Below, piece after piece: positions 37,079-47,100 of a stretch of 64,000 nt of DNA; positions within the stretch are counted from its first letter, which is position 1; each line of letters opens with the position of its first letter. The stretch is from IMG/VR virus record IMGVR_UViG_3300043446_003110; one strand, given 5' to 3'. Below the pieces are notes generated by a model. The model did not search any database. It was not told the DNA's origin and saw only the letters and a program-made list of their open reading frames with translations. Position numbers and translations under genes: made by a program. Source of the DNA: a virus.

Positions 37079-37841
37079 TATGACTAAAATAAAACACAAA
37101 AAGAAACGTACAAAAGCAGAAAACCCTGTTAATGCTATAGATGAATTAATAACAATAGTAATTTTGTGTGATTTACCCGGATATAGAATGAAATCATATG
37201 GCCCAACTTCATTGGTAAAAATTGACAAAAAATTATTGATAGATACACAGCTTGATTGTCTAAAAAAGTGTTTTCCAAATAATGAAATTATTTTATGCGT
37301 TGGATTTGATGGAGAAAAGATATCTAAATATATAAGATCAAAATACAAAAATCATAATATTAGAATTGTAGAAAATCAACTGTTTAATATATGCAATTCT
37401 TGCGAGGGATTACGAATATCAATAAATAATACTTTTAACAAAAAAATATTAATCATAGATGGCAATTTGCTGGTGAACAAAAAAACATTGTCATTAATAG
37501 ATACCCATAAAACATGCGCTATAGTAGAAAAAAACCCGTCAGAAAATCTAGAGATAGGAATAAATATTAACCAAAATAATATTGCAGAACATTTTTCGTT
37601 TGGTGCATATAAAACTTGGTCAGAAATAATGTACTTGTGCGGAGAGGAAATAATAGAAACTTTAAGGAAATTTTTGAACAATCAAGATAGCAAAAAGAAA
37701 TTTATTTTTGAGGCTATTAATGACTTATTAAAAAACAATCATAGTATTTTTTGCATAGAAAACAAATTTCCAATATATAAAATAAACAATATAAAAACCT
37801 ATCACAGTATAAAGGACAATCATGAAATTTTTAATATCTAA
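37068..37841 (+). CDS. Sugar/choline-phosphate nucleotidyltransferase-like protein (degenerate)
   Basis: IVIL..GYRMKSYGP.SL..LI..Q, EIILCVGF, IVEN..F..N, LIIDGNL. Confidence 0.7.
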   Translation: MSFDMTKIKHKKKRTKAENPVNAIDELITIVILCDLPGYRMKSYGPTSLVKIDKKLLIDTQLDCLKKCFPNNEIILCVGFDGEKISKYIRSKYKNHNIRIVENQLFNICNSCEGLRISINNTFNKKILIIDGNLLVNKKTLSLIDTHKTCAIVEKNPSENLEIGININQNNIAEHFSFGAYKTWSEIMYLCGEEIIETLRKFLNNQDSKKKFIFEAINDLLKNNHSIFCIENKFPIYKINNIKTYHSIKDNHEIFNI

Positions 37842-38625
37842 TTATAGTACACCTTGGATAACTGAACCATTTTATGTCAATGCTACTCTGAATATGATCA
37901 ATGAAACATCTAGTATATTAGATAGCAATCAAAGTTTATATGACGCATTTGACTCATTCAAGCCCGATGTATTTATTACTCATGCTGGGCATATTTCCAA
38001 AGATCTAATCTCTTATCTAATAGAAAACAAAGAAATCAAGCTATTAATTAGTACAACGGGTGTTGGAAAAGATGATGCCGAAAAATTAATGAAATTTTTA
38101 GAGAGCAATAAGATAAACTATGTATTTTTTGGGCAAAATGAAATTGCTAGTTCTAAAGTCAAAAATATATTGATTCCTGCTGGTGCTGATATATTTCTCA
38201 ACCGCGATTCAAAAAAATATAGCATAGAAAAATTGATTTTTGTAGATAGTGAAGATCAAATTAAAGAATATGGTGGAACTTATCATATTACTTCTCACAA
38301 TACGGAATTAACAAATAAAGTAGATTTTATTATGCCAATTACTATGTTGAGCAATTTATTCAGTAATTATAATGAAATTGTTTTTTGCGGTAGTAGTTAC
38401 ATAGGAACACAGTTGTCATTTGATGCTATTTATAGTGGAACGAAAGTAACATTTGATACAAACAAAAATGAAGATTTAGAAAAAATAGATAGCATATTCA
38501 AAAAACAAAAATTATTAACATCGGTCAAGGCTAAACATACATGTTTAAATAGAGTGAAGTCTATGCTTTCACAAGTTTCAAAAAACATCTCTAGTAAATT
38601 AGAAAGTTATATCGAGAAATTATGA
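37822..38625 (+). CDS. Divergent GT-B-like protein (CgeB-like C-terminus)
   Basis: FKPDVFI, PAGAD, KHTCLNRVKSML. Confidence 0.45.
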   Translation: MKFLISNYSTPWITEPFYVNATLNMINETSSILDSNQSLYDAFDSFKPDVFITHAGHISKDLISYLIENKEIKLLISTTGVGKDDAEKLMKFLESNKINYVFFGQNEIASSKVKNILIPAGADIFLNRDSKKYSIEKLIFVDSEDQIKEYGGTYHITSHNTELTNKVDFIMPITMLSNLFSNYNEIVFCGSSYIGTQLSFDAIYSGTKVTFDTNKNEDLEKIDSIFKKQKLLTSVKAKHTCLNRVKSMLSQVSKNISSKLESYIEKL

Positions 38626-39380
38626 ACGTAACAGTAATATTAAGTGGGTTCAAACGCCCATATTCGGCACAACAACAATACAATGCTATAATAAATCAAA
38701 CTCAGAAACCTTCTGACATAATTTTTTGGCACAATGATTCTGATAAAAAAATAGAATTTCCACCAAGCGTAACGTCTAGATGCAAATATATAAGATCTAG
38801 CGAGAATTATGGTGTTTGGGGGAGATTCTCCATAGCATTGAATGCTAGGACCGACTACATATGTATAATTGATGATGATACAATACCGGGATTAAGATGG
38901 ATAGAAAATTGTCTATCAACAATAGAAAAATATAATGGAATTTTAACAACTAGGGGTGTTATAGCCAATCCAAGCAAAATAGATTATTATCCCGGTCCAG
39001 ATAGTTACACCGCGTATGGATGGTGCAATCCAAATGAAAATGTTGTCAAGGTGGATATTGGTTGTCATTGCTGGTTTTTCCATAAAGATATACTACGGGC
39101 TTTTTGGGCGGAAGCTCCATTTGAATTGCCAATGAATTATGGAGAAGATATGCATTTGTCTTATGTAGCACAAAAGCATTTTGGACTTGGAACATATGTT
39201 CCTCCTCATCCCAAAGAAGACAAATCATTGTGGGGTTCTCAGCCAGATACTGGCAAACAATATGGAGAAGATCAATTTGCTATCTCTTGGAACCACGAAG
39301 CAAATCGCGGAATGAATACATATTGGAATTTTATTTTAAGTCAAGGATACAAACCGCTTAGAGGAACTGAAAATGAATAA
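38622..39380 (+). CDS. Glycosyltransferase, GT-A (GT2-like)
   Basis: VTVIL..FKR, NYGVWGRF, YICIIDDD, GEDMHLS. Confidence 0.85.
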   Translation: MNVTVILSGFKRPYSAQQQYNAIINQTQKPSDIIFWHNDSDKKIEFPPSVTSRCKYIRSSENYGVWGRFSIALNARTDYICIIDDDTIPGLRWIENCLSTIEKYNGILTTRGVIANPSKIDYYPGPDSYTAYGWCNPNENVVKVDIGCHCWFFHKDILRAFWAEAPFELPMNYGEDMHLSYVAQKHFGLGTYVPPHPKEDKSLWGSQPDTGKQYGEDQFAISWNHEANRGMNTYWNFILSQGYKPLRGTENE

Positions 39381-40014
39381 ATTATTACAAATACCAAAAA
39401 ACAATCTAGGAAATTACATCATACCAAGAGATGTGGCGGGGGGCTTGGCTATAGATATTGGAAGCAATGTTGGATCATTTCTAAAACAAAGTTATCACAT
39501 ATTTAGTGAAATTTATTACTATGAACCAATTAAAGCTTGTTTTGATATTTGTCAAGATTTCAGTATAAATCATAGTCATATACATGGATACAACAACGCC
39601 GTATCAAAAACTAGAGGGCTTTGTACTATGCTAATGCATGAAAACAGATTAGCAGGATCTTCTGCCGCTAGTTGTTTGGGCAAGGAAATTATAAGCTTAG
39701 AACACAATAGTGACAATAATAGCATAAATGATGTATATAGTATTACGCTTCAAGATATTTATAGTCATGTAAACTTTAGAAATATTGATTATTGCAAGTG
39801 TGATTGCGAAATAAGTGAATATGATATTTTTATGAATCAAGATTTAACACCAATCAATTATTTGGCTATAGAAATGCATTGGCAGATGGGAGAACAAAAA
39901 TTTAACGAACTTATAGATTATATACTCAGTACTCATGATTTGATTTATGGAAATAAATCATTCCCCGGAAGATTTGATAATAGAGAATTGCTATTAAAGA
40001 GAAAAGTAACATGA
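39373..40014 (+). CDS. FkbM-family methyltransferase
   Basis: IDIGSNVGSF, YEP, IDYCKCDCEISEY, IEMH. Confidence 0.85.
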   Translation: MNKLLQIPKNNLGNYIIPRDVAGGLAIDIGSNVGSFLKQSYHIFSEIYYYEPIKACFDICQDFSINHSHIHGYNNAVSKTRGLCTMLMHENRLAGSSAASCLGKEIISLEHNSDNNSINDVYSITLQDIYSHVNFRNIDYCKCDCEISEYDIFMNQDLTPINYLAIEMHWQMGEQKFNELIDYILSTHDLIYGNKSFPGRFDNRELLLKRKVT

Positions 40015-40745
40015 GGTTTACTACACCGCCAAATAAAAATTATAGAGATGATATCAAAGTTTTGGAAACTGCAATCAAAAATAATGAAAATATTAGTTTT
40101 TCTAAGTTTTGTGATGGTGAATGGTCAGTAATATGTAACCAGCAAATAAACAATAAAGAATTTTGGTTTGATCCATCTAATTCAATGGATCAATCTAAAA
40201 GAAAAGCTTTAATAGATGCATTTCAGTACAAAAATGAAAGATACTTTGTAGGGATAACATGTACCAATGTATTTGGTTTAGAAACTCATAGACAAATGAA
40301 AACTGTATGTCAACAGAAAGAAGACCATTTGACTTGGGCCGATATATGGGTAAATAGCAATTATAAATATTATTTAAGTAATATAGTTCCTATTTATAAA
40401 AGTAGACAAGTCGTGTTATTCTGCAACAGTAAAGGAATAATAGAAAATCTACCATTTGCTCCATATATGGTTTGCAAAGTAGAAAACAATGCATGGGAAT
40501 ATAATTGGGATATGATAGATACATATAAAAAAGTTTCAAGTATGATAAAAAATGCATTATTTTTGTTTTGTTGCGGTCCATTTGGTAATATATTATGTCA
40601 CCAGTTAACGGAACATAATCCAGAAAATACATATCTAGATATTGGGTCTACTTTAAACCCATTCTTACAATCGGCTGGTTTTGAAAGACAATATCACATA
40701 GGACACAATTATTTTTCTACAATGACAGGAGCATGGGATCAATGA
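40011..40745 (+). CDS. GT-D fold (DUF1792-like) glycosyltransferase
   Basis: SFSKFCDGE, LFCCGP, YLDIGS. Confidence 0.7.
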   Translation: MRFTTPPNKNYRDDIKVLETAIKNNENISFSKFCDGEWSVICNQQINNKEFWFDPSNSMDQSKRKALIDAFQYKNERYFVGITCTNVFGLETHRQMKTVCQQKEDHLTWADIWVNSNYKYYLSNIVPIYKSRQVVLFCNSKGIIENLPFAPYMVCKVENNAWEYNWDMIDTYKKVSSMIKNALFLFCCGPFGNILCHQLTEHNPENTYLDIGSTLNPFLQSAGFERQYHIGHNYFSTMTGAWDQ

Positions 40746-41227
40746 ATTTAGGAATATACATATCTAGTTTATCCGACAGAGAACAGCTAGGACATATAAG
40801 CGAATTAGTCCAAAACAGTGTCCACAATAAAGACATACGCGATCTGAGTATATTTTATGACGATGTGGACTTTAATCCACATAATACTAGATGTGGAATG
40901 TTTAATGCAGCAGATCTGTGGAGTTTCAATGGAAATTTGATAACAACCTCCTTGGATTCTCTAATAACCTCATTAAAAGTAATTAACAACATTAATATTT
41001 TTTACTATCATGGATGGGAAGAAAATCCAAATATACTTAGATTAATTCTATCTATACAAAATGCCAAAATTATATGTAGATCAGAAAAAGATGAAAAAGA
41101 GATCTACAGATTAACTGGAGTGAAACCAATCGGAATATCTGATAATTTTAAAGACATAATCAACTTAATATTAGGATGCAAAGATGAATACAAATCAAAT
41201 AGTAATGATGTATACCAAACAGCATAA
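40742..41227 (+). CDS. Hypothetical protein (possible isolated GT-B half domain)
   Basis: Coupled ORF at end of glyco island; beta/alpha alternation. Confidence 0.55.
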   Translation: MNLGIYISSLSDREQLGHISELVQNSVHNKDIRDLSIFYDDVDFNPHNTRCGMFNAADLWSFNGNLITTSLDSLITSLKVINNINIFYYHGWEENPNILRLILSIQNAKIICRSEKDEKEIYRLTGVKPIGISDNFKDIINLILGCKDEYKSNSNDVYQTA

Positions 41228-41951
41228 AAGTACATATGAAATTGCTGAACAATTTAATACTTATCCAAATCGCATTAGACGCATTTTAATAAAGAGTGGG
41301 GTAGAGCTAAAAACTAAAAGTGAAGCTCAGAAAAATGCTATTGAAAATGGAACTGCAAAACATCCGACCGATGGCAAAACAAGAACTAAAGAAGAAAAAC
41401 TTAAGATCAGTTCGGGCCTAAAAAAATATTGGGAAAATATGTCTGATGAAATGTATTCTAGCAGGGTTGAGCAATCAAAAAAACGATGGAATACAATGTC
41501 CGATGTAGAAAAAGACAAAATGATGAGTGCAGCCATTAAAAGCATACAAGTCGCTGGAAAAGAAGGTTCTAAATTAGAAAAGTTTTTGTATGAAGAAATA
41601 ACTCGGGCTGGATATAAAGTAGAATATCACAAAAAACAACTTATCCAGAACCAAGACCTTGAACTGGATATGTACATACCGTCGATCAAGACTATAATAG
41701 AAGTAGACGGCCCTTCTCACTTCCTGCCAATTTGGGGTGAAGAAAAATTACAAAAACAAATCAAAGCCGACACACAAAAAAGTGGGCTTATATTAAGTAA
41801 GGGGATGGTCATTATACGAATAAAAAATTTATCTGACTCAGTATGTTTAGCCGATAGAGAAAAGTTGAGACTTGACATTTTGAATTGCTTGGGTACAATA
41901 GATAAGTCATTCCCCAAAAAATCAGAAAGGTATATAGAGATTGAAATATGA
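41184..41951 (+). CDS. Free-standing homing-endonuclease-like protein (HTH + NUMOD3-like + Vsr/PD-(D/E)XK domain)
   Basis: STYEIAEQF..IRRIL; RTKEEKLKIS; ELDMYIP..IIEVDGPSHF. Confidence 0.7.
   Translation: MNTNQIVMMYTKQHKSTYEIAEQFNTYPNRIRRILIKSGVELKTKSEAQKNAIENGTAKHPTDGKTRTKEEKLKISSGLKKYWENMSDEMYSSRVEQSKKRWNTMSDVEKDKMMSAAIKSIQVAGKEGSKLEKFLYEEITRAGYKVEYHKKQLIQNQDLELDMYIPSIKTIIEVDGPSHFLPIWGEEKLQKQIKADTQKSGLILSKGMVIIRIKNLSDSVCLADREKLRLDILNCLGTIDKSFPKKSERYIEIEI
41872..41899 (+). promoter_or_regulatory. Sigma70-like promoter within the 3' end of the endonuclease gene
   Basis: TTGACA-N16-TACAAT about 50 bp upstream of ATG41948. Confidence 0.55.
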
Positions 41952-42703
41952 ACGATGTTGAAACTATTTTTGAAGGTGTTGAATTAGCAACTCCTAGTAA
42001 TACAGATACTTCAGTTAAGGATGTAGTTATGTCAAATGAACCTTCAATGCTTAGTCATGAGTGGCATGACTATGCTATGACACTATTTCACGAAACAGAA
42101 ATGGTCGATGGTCATCCTCTAGTTGCCGGTTTAAGGCGTGTAGCAGAGGCTGTGCTAGGCACAATTGTTTTCAGTGGTCCAACACAGGTCTTTCCAGTAC
42201 AGCGTGATGATCATCATGGTCGTGCGACTGTAGTGTTTACTATTGAATTCGCCAATGGAGTAAGATACTCTGAAGTAGCAGATTCATGGGAAGGCAATAC
42301 GGATGATACATTCTGTGCGTATGCTGTTGCTATTGCAAGTACCAGAGCAGAAGCAAGAGCTTTACGCAAAGCTTTAAAGATTAAGGGCGTTGCGGCAGAA
42401 GAATTGACCAAGAAAGATACAGCAAAGATTGTAAGACAGATTTCTTCTGTTAAGGATTCTAGTGCTGGTGAGTATAATGAGCAGGATAGAATGAGTGATG
42501 CACAATACAACTTTATTGATGTAAAGTGTAAACAACTCAATATTGATGGAGAGAAGCTATTTGCTACCTTTAAGGTAGATGGCGGAAAGAAGGTTTCTAA
42601 GAAAATCGCTAGTGATATCATTGATTCGCTAAACGATTACCAACGTGACAAGAGTTCAATTCCACAAGATATAATAGGCTATCAACAGGAGTGGCGTAAA
42701 TGA
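41948..42703 (+). CDS. Rad52/Sak-like single-strand annealing protein
   Basis: GLRRVA..ATVVFTI..YSEVAD..AIASTRAEARALRKAL; C-terminal MSDAQ..FI module. Confidence 0.6.
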   Translation: MNDVETIFEGVELATPSNTDTSVKDVVMSNEPSMLSHEWHDYAMTLFHETEMVDGHPLVAGLRRVAEAVLGTIVFSGPTQVFPVQRDDHHGRATVVFTIEFANGVRYSEVADSWEGNTDDTFCAYAVAIASTRAEARALRKALKIKGVAAEELTKKDTAKIVRQISSVKDSSAGEYNEQDRMSDAQYNFIDVKCKQLNIDGEKLFATFKVDGGKKVSKKIASDIIDSLNDYQRDKSSIPQDIIGYQQEWRK

Positions 42704-43035
42704 AGATTGTATATACAACAAAAAATGGCAGATTACAGGCAGAACTAGAGGGTGAGTCACAGAAAGATTTGTTTACTGAATTAAGTAAATTCCAAGAAGT
42801 ATTTGAGGAAACTACTTGCGGAAAGTGTGGTTCTGAAGATGTAAGATTTGTAGTCAGGACAGTGGATGATAATCAGTATTATGAACTTCGTTGCATGAAG
42901 TGCGGTGCTAGGTTAGCATTCGGTGTTAATAAGAAGGGTGGCGGGTTATTCCCAAAGCGTAAGGATTCAGAAGGAAATTGGCTACCAGATGGTGGCTGGG
43001 TGAAATGGAATCCAAAAACGGAGAAGTCTGAATGA
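42700..43035 (+). CDS. Zinc-ribbon protein
   Basis: CGKCG...CMKCG. Confidence 0.7.
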   Translation: MKIVYTTKNGRLQAELEGESQKDLFTELSKFQEVFEETTCGKCGSEDVRFVVRTVDDNQYYELRCMKCGARLAFGVNKKGGGLFPKRKDSEGNWLPDGGWVKWNPKTEKSE

Positions 43036-43316
43036 AGTATTTAGTTGCCTTATTTATGCTAATAGCAGTATCCAAAGATGGTATTGCTAATGGTTTACCA
43101 GTTGCGTATACAGTGCCACAACCAGTTGTATTGCAACAAGTTGTTGTGACTCAAACTATGGTATATCAAGCACCTAGCATAGTAGTCACTGTGCCAGTTC
43201 CTATTGTTTTATATCCTCAACCAGTTGTTGATCAACGAATATATTGGGGATATCCTTATTATACAACAACACCTATGCCGGTAATTGAATATCGACATAG
43301 GTGCTGGAAGTACTGA
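43032..43316 (+). CDS. Small secreted Pro/Val/Tyr-rich protein
   Basis: Signal peptide-like MKYLVALFMLIAVS; low-complexity P/V/Q/Y body. Confidence 0.6.
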   Translation: MKYLVALFMLIAVSKDGIANGLPVAYTVPQPVVLQQVVVTQTMVYQAPSIVVTVPVPIVLYPQPVVDQRIYWGYPYYTTTPMPVIEYRHRCWKY

Positions 43317-43324
43317 TGAGATAT

Positions 43325-43347
43325 GGGGCGGGAAACCGCCCCTTTTT
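43325..43347 (+). terminator. Rho-independent terminator at convergent junction
   Basis: GGGGCGG-GAAA-CCGCCCC-TTTTT. Confidence 0.9.
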
Positions 43348-44069
43348 CATAGGTATTCTACTGTATAATAAAGTCCATAATTAGTTTTGCTTCCAATACC
43401 TTCTGGCTCAGAACTCAGAGCAATATACCAATCGTGTCTAGATGATTCAAGTGCCTGCCCGCTTTGGGAAGTAAATTTGAGAAGATCAGCATCGGTATCT
43501 GCTGTTGATGTATTTTGACCACTCATACCCGGAGATGGAGTGAGTGGTAAATCTAGCTGTGCAGCTAAAGGTTCAAATTCTGTCCATACGAAGTGTGTTA
43601 TGCCGCGATGACTTAGGCTAGTTGTACTTGGAGTTGACGATGGTTTGCGGGCCTCGTAAACCCAAGTAGTAACTCCGCTAGCCGGTTTACTAATACCATG
43701 ATCTCTAGCAAATATACGAAGTTTGCCGTTTTGCACTTTTACTGGAGAACTATGAGTAAATCTAATATTTAATGGGCATAGATAATTAGATAGTTTGTCT
43801 AAAGTTATAGGACTAGAACTGCCATCTACACTTACTGTACCCATTTCTACTCCGGGTATTCCGCTGGCAACTTTAGCCGTATTATGGAGCTTTGGACCGG
43901 CAACCGTACCGTCAGCATTAGTAATCCATGTGGTACTTTGTTGAGATCCAACTGGAACAGAAATACCAAAGTCCAAACCATAAAAACCTATACCAGATCC
44001 AAGATCATGCCTAATTAGATTGTCATCGCTGGCACTCAAGAAATTACCATAAAATTTGATTTCAGCCAT
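43347..44069 (-). CDS. Putative virion structural protein
   Basis: GGGAG RBS; beta-rich, G/S/T-rich; ends YYTVEYL; in structural block. Confidence 0.6.
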   Translation of the reverse strand: MAEIKFYGNFLSASDDNLIRHDLGSGIGFYGLDFGISVPVGSQQSTTWITNADGTVAGPKLHNTAKVASGIPGVEMGTVSVDGSSSPITLDKLSNYLCPLNIRFTHSSPVKVQNGKLRIFARDHGISKPASGVTTWVYEARKPSSTPSTTSLSHRGITHFVWTEFEPLAAQLDLPLTPSPGMSGQNTSTADTDADLLKFTSQSGQALESSRHDWYIALSSEPEGIGSKTNYGLYYTVEYL

Positions 44070-44115
44070 AGAATTCTCCCTATATTGGTGGATTACATTG
44101 TAATATACACTTTTA

Positions 44116-47100
44116 TTATGTACTGGTTATTTCTAGCTCTACATATCTGGCAGCTGGAACATCTGAACCCTCTCCAAAAATCACTCCTCCTTCTGGATAA
44201 TTAGCTATATCGCTAACAAAAAAGAAGAAAACGTCATACTTTCCAGTACTATTTGGCTCCAATGTAAAAGTGGTAGTTTTAGTACCAGTAATAAATCCCT
44301 TCGAATTTCCTTCACCATTATTATCTTCATGGGTCAATTTTTTAATTCCATAGAATTGTGATTTGTCTACTTTTAATCTTTCATATACTTTACCTCTGGT
44401 AAATACTATTTCCGCCCCAGTACCATTAACGCTCTGTATTGTAGCATTTGCAGTTGGACCATACTTAAATGGATTTACAGTACCATTATTTGCAGTTTCC
44501 CCGTATATATAACCCGGTCCAACATCTATTGACTTTAATAATTCTTCATCTATACTAAGCTGAGAAATACCACCATTATTTGTTAATCCGGTAACAACTA
44601 AATGTGCCGGTTTACCGCCAATATTAACTTTTACTTTATCAAAATCTGCATATCCAGTTCCAGGCTTGTTAATCTTGATAGATGTTGTATCAAGACCTAT
44701 ATATTTTTGAGCATATGCAAATCCACCATCTGATAACAACATATTTCTTCTTACTTTATTTTTTATAGTATCAAACTTGGGAGATCCAGATGTCAAAATT
44801 GTACCGGTTTGTAGAAATACTTCTTCAAAATCCATTTCTGCACCAGAAGGATTAAACTGCAACGGGGCAAAAAATCTACCATCATATATAGTATTTGGAG
44901 AATGATCATATACAGCGCACCATAGGGCAGTTGTTCCTAATTCTTTCACTTGTTCTGCACCTAGACTACCTCCCCACTTGATATGTTCTACACCCATAGA
45001 TCTACCACTTAAATCTTGCGCAAAACCTAATATTGGACTTATGCTAATATTAGTTTGAGAAATTGTGTATGTTGTATACGTTAATAATCCAAGATATTGA
45101 TTGGTCTTGAATTCAACAATCCCGCCTTTTGTCATTGGAAATGTACCTTTTGCTGCTAATATGCCAATGACATTAGAACTCTCTACGGCATTAACCATAG
45201 GAATCATTTCTGGTCCACCGTCAGGTTTGTCGCCTCTTGCTGGAGGTCCAATATTAATTGCAGCAGTTGGATTTTGAATTGCATAATTAATTAATTTATT
45301 AGCAAATGATAGCTTTGCCCTTACACTTCCATCTGGTTCTAAATTTACGGCATTATTAATGCCAATTCTGCTCCAAGCTCCACCAAAATAATCTCCACCA
45401 TATGTGCCAGCGCGTTGTAAAGCCAATTTTAAATCAGAGTATCCTTCATTTAGAGCCGTTTGGGCACCAAGGCCAAAATTATCAATTTGTGTAGTTGACA
45501 GAGCGAGTTCTAATGATAAAGGTGTAAATTGTACGAATGTTGAATTTATAGGTGTCAATCCATAAGCTGGCTTATTAGAAGAATTGTTAAGATAATATCC
45601 CTTTATTTGTTGGTGTAAATATTGAACATAACTATCACAAGTGTTACCATAATATGCACTCATCATAAAAACAGGATCTATACTTTGATTGCCAGAAGAA
45701 TTTAATGCTATCTGGGCAGGCAGATGATAAAAATATGAATCTTTTAGATTGAAAGTAGTGCCAACCAGATTAGTATATGGTGTAAAATTTAGCGTTCCGC
45801 CTTGATATACAACTCTTCCATTTGAAGAAGCTACTTGGGATACAGATCTTGTAGACTTGGTTCGTCTTACACTCAAAGAACTATATCCATCTGGAAAATA
45901 CATACCCCAACTAGTTGGCACATCTTCAGCCGCCACCCCCATAGTATCACTATATGGAGTTGTTCTTTTTATAACGGTATTTTTTAACTTGGTTGGACTA
46001 CTGTTATTTCCACCAATGTCCTTTGGTAACATATCTGCATCATAAAATGTATGATAATTAAAAAAATTAGGTAATATTGATTTATTGCGATTTGCGATAG
46101 TTACTGCATCGTTTACTTCACTTGATGATGGATCTTGAACAGACCCATTAGTATTAAGAGAATAATCAGCATCATCCATAGTAACTAAATTCCATTCTCG
46201 TAATCGCGGAATAATATTATATTGCAATCCACTCACAAGTGGTGCATAAGTAGCAGAAGTAAGACTATCATAAAATTTGGCTCTTACTGCGGCTATATAA
46301 TCTTGAGGTTCTATGAACGATGTATCAGAATCATTTCTAAAAAATCCTTTTGCATTTACTATATATTTTTGTATTTGTGACCACTCAATGGTTAATTTTT
46401 TTGCTACAGAAACACCATTAGCTAATGGAATAGGAACATAATCTCCATTTATTTGACTAGCTATGACTATTTCCCCTTTTGTGAATGCCCGTGTGCTTCT
46501 ATTTATTAAAAGAATTCTTTCTTTGGAAGAAGTAGCACAACCAAATGAAACGGGCGCAAGTAGATGAGGATTTCCCTTCTCTGTTTGCAAAAGCATACCC
46601 CATCCACTAGCAGTCGGTATTTTCAAACTTTCATTGTCAACAAGATCTACATTTTCTGGGAGATCATCTAAAGATACTCCAGCGATATCGTCCAGTAGTC
46701 TGCAATATACTTGAGTTGTTCCAGATTCCCACTCTCCAGTTCCTCTATTAAAACTAACTTTTAGTGGACCAGCTACTGTATTATTTGGATTTTTTATTCC
46801 ACCAACATCTGGCGCAGAAAATGCACCAATTGGAAGAGTTTCACTGATGGCAAATGCATGTTCTTTTCCGGTTGCTGTACGTGCTACACCAGCAATAACT
46901 GGTGGCTGCAAAGCAACGCTCCTATCACTACCATCAGATTTAGATTGAAAAAATATTTTAATGTCTCCACTTGCAGCTAATCCTAATACGTTATATCCCG
47001 CTGCTGAGAATGTAAGACATCCTTCGCGGCTGTTAATAATTTTAGACCAAATATATTTTACATTGTATGCATCAAGCTTTTCTGTGAGCAAAGTAGAATC

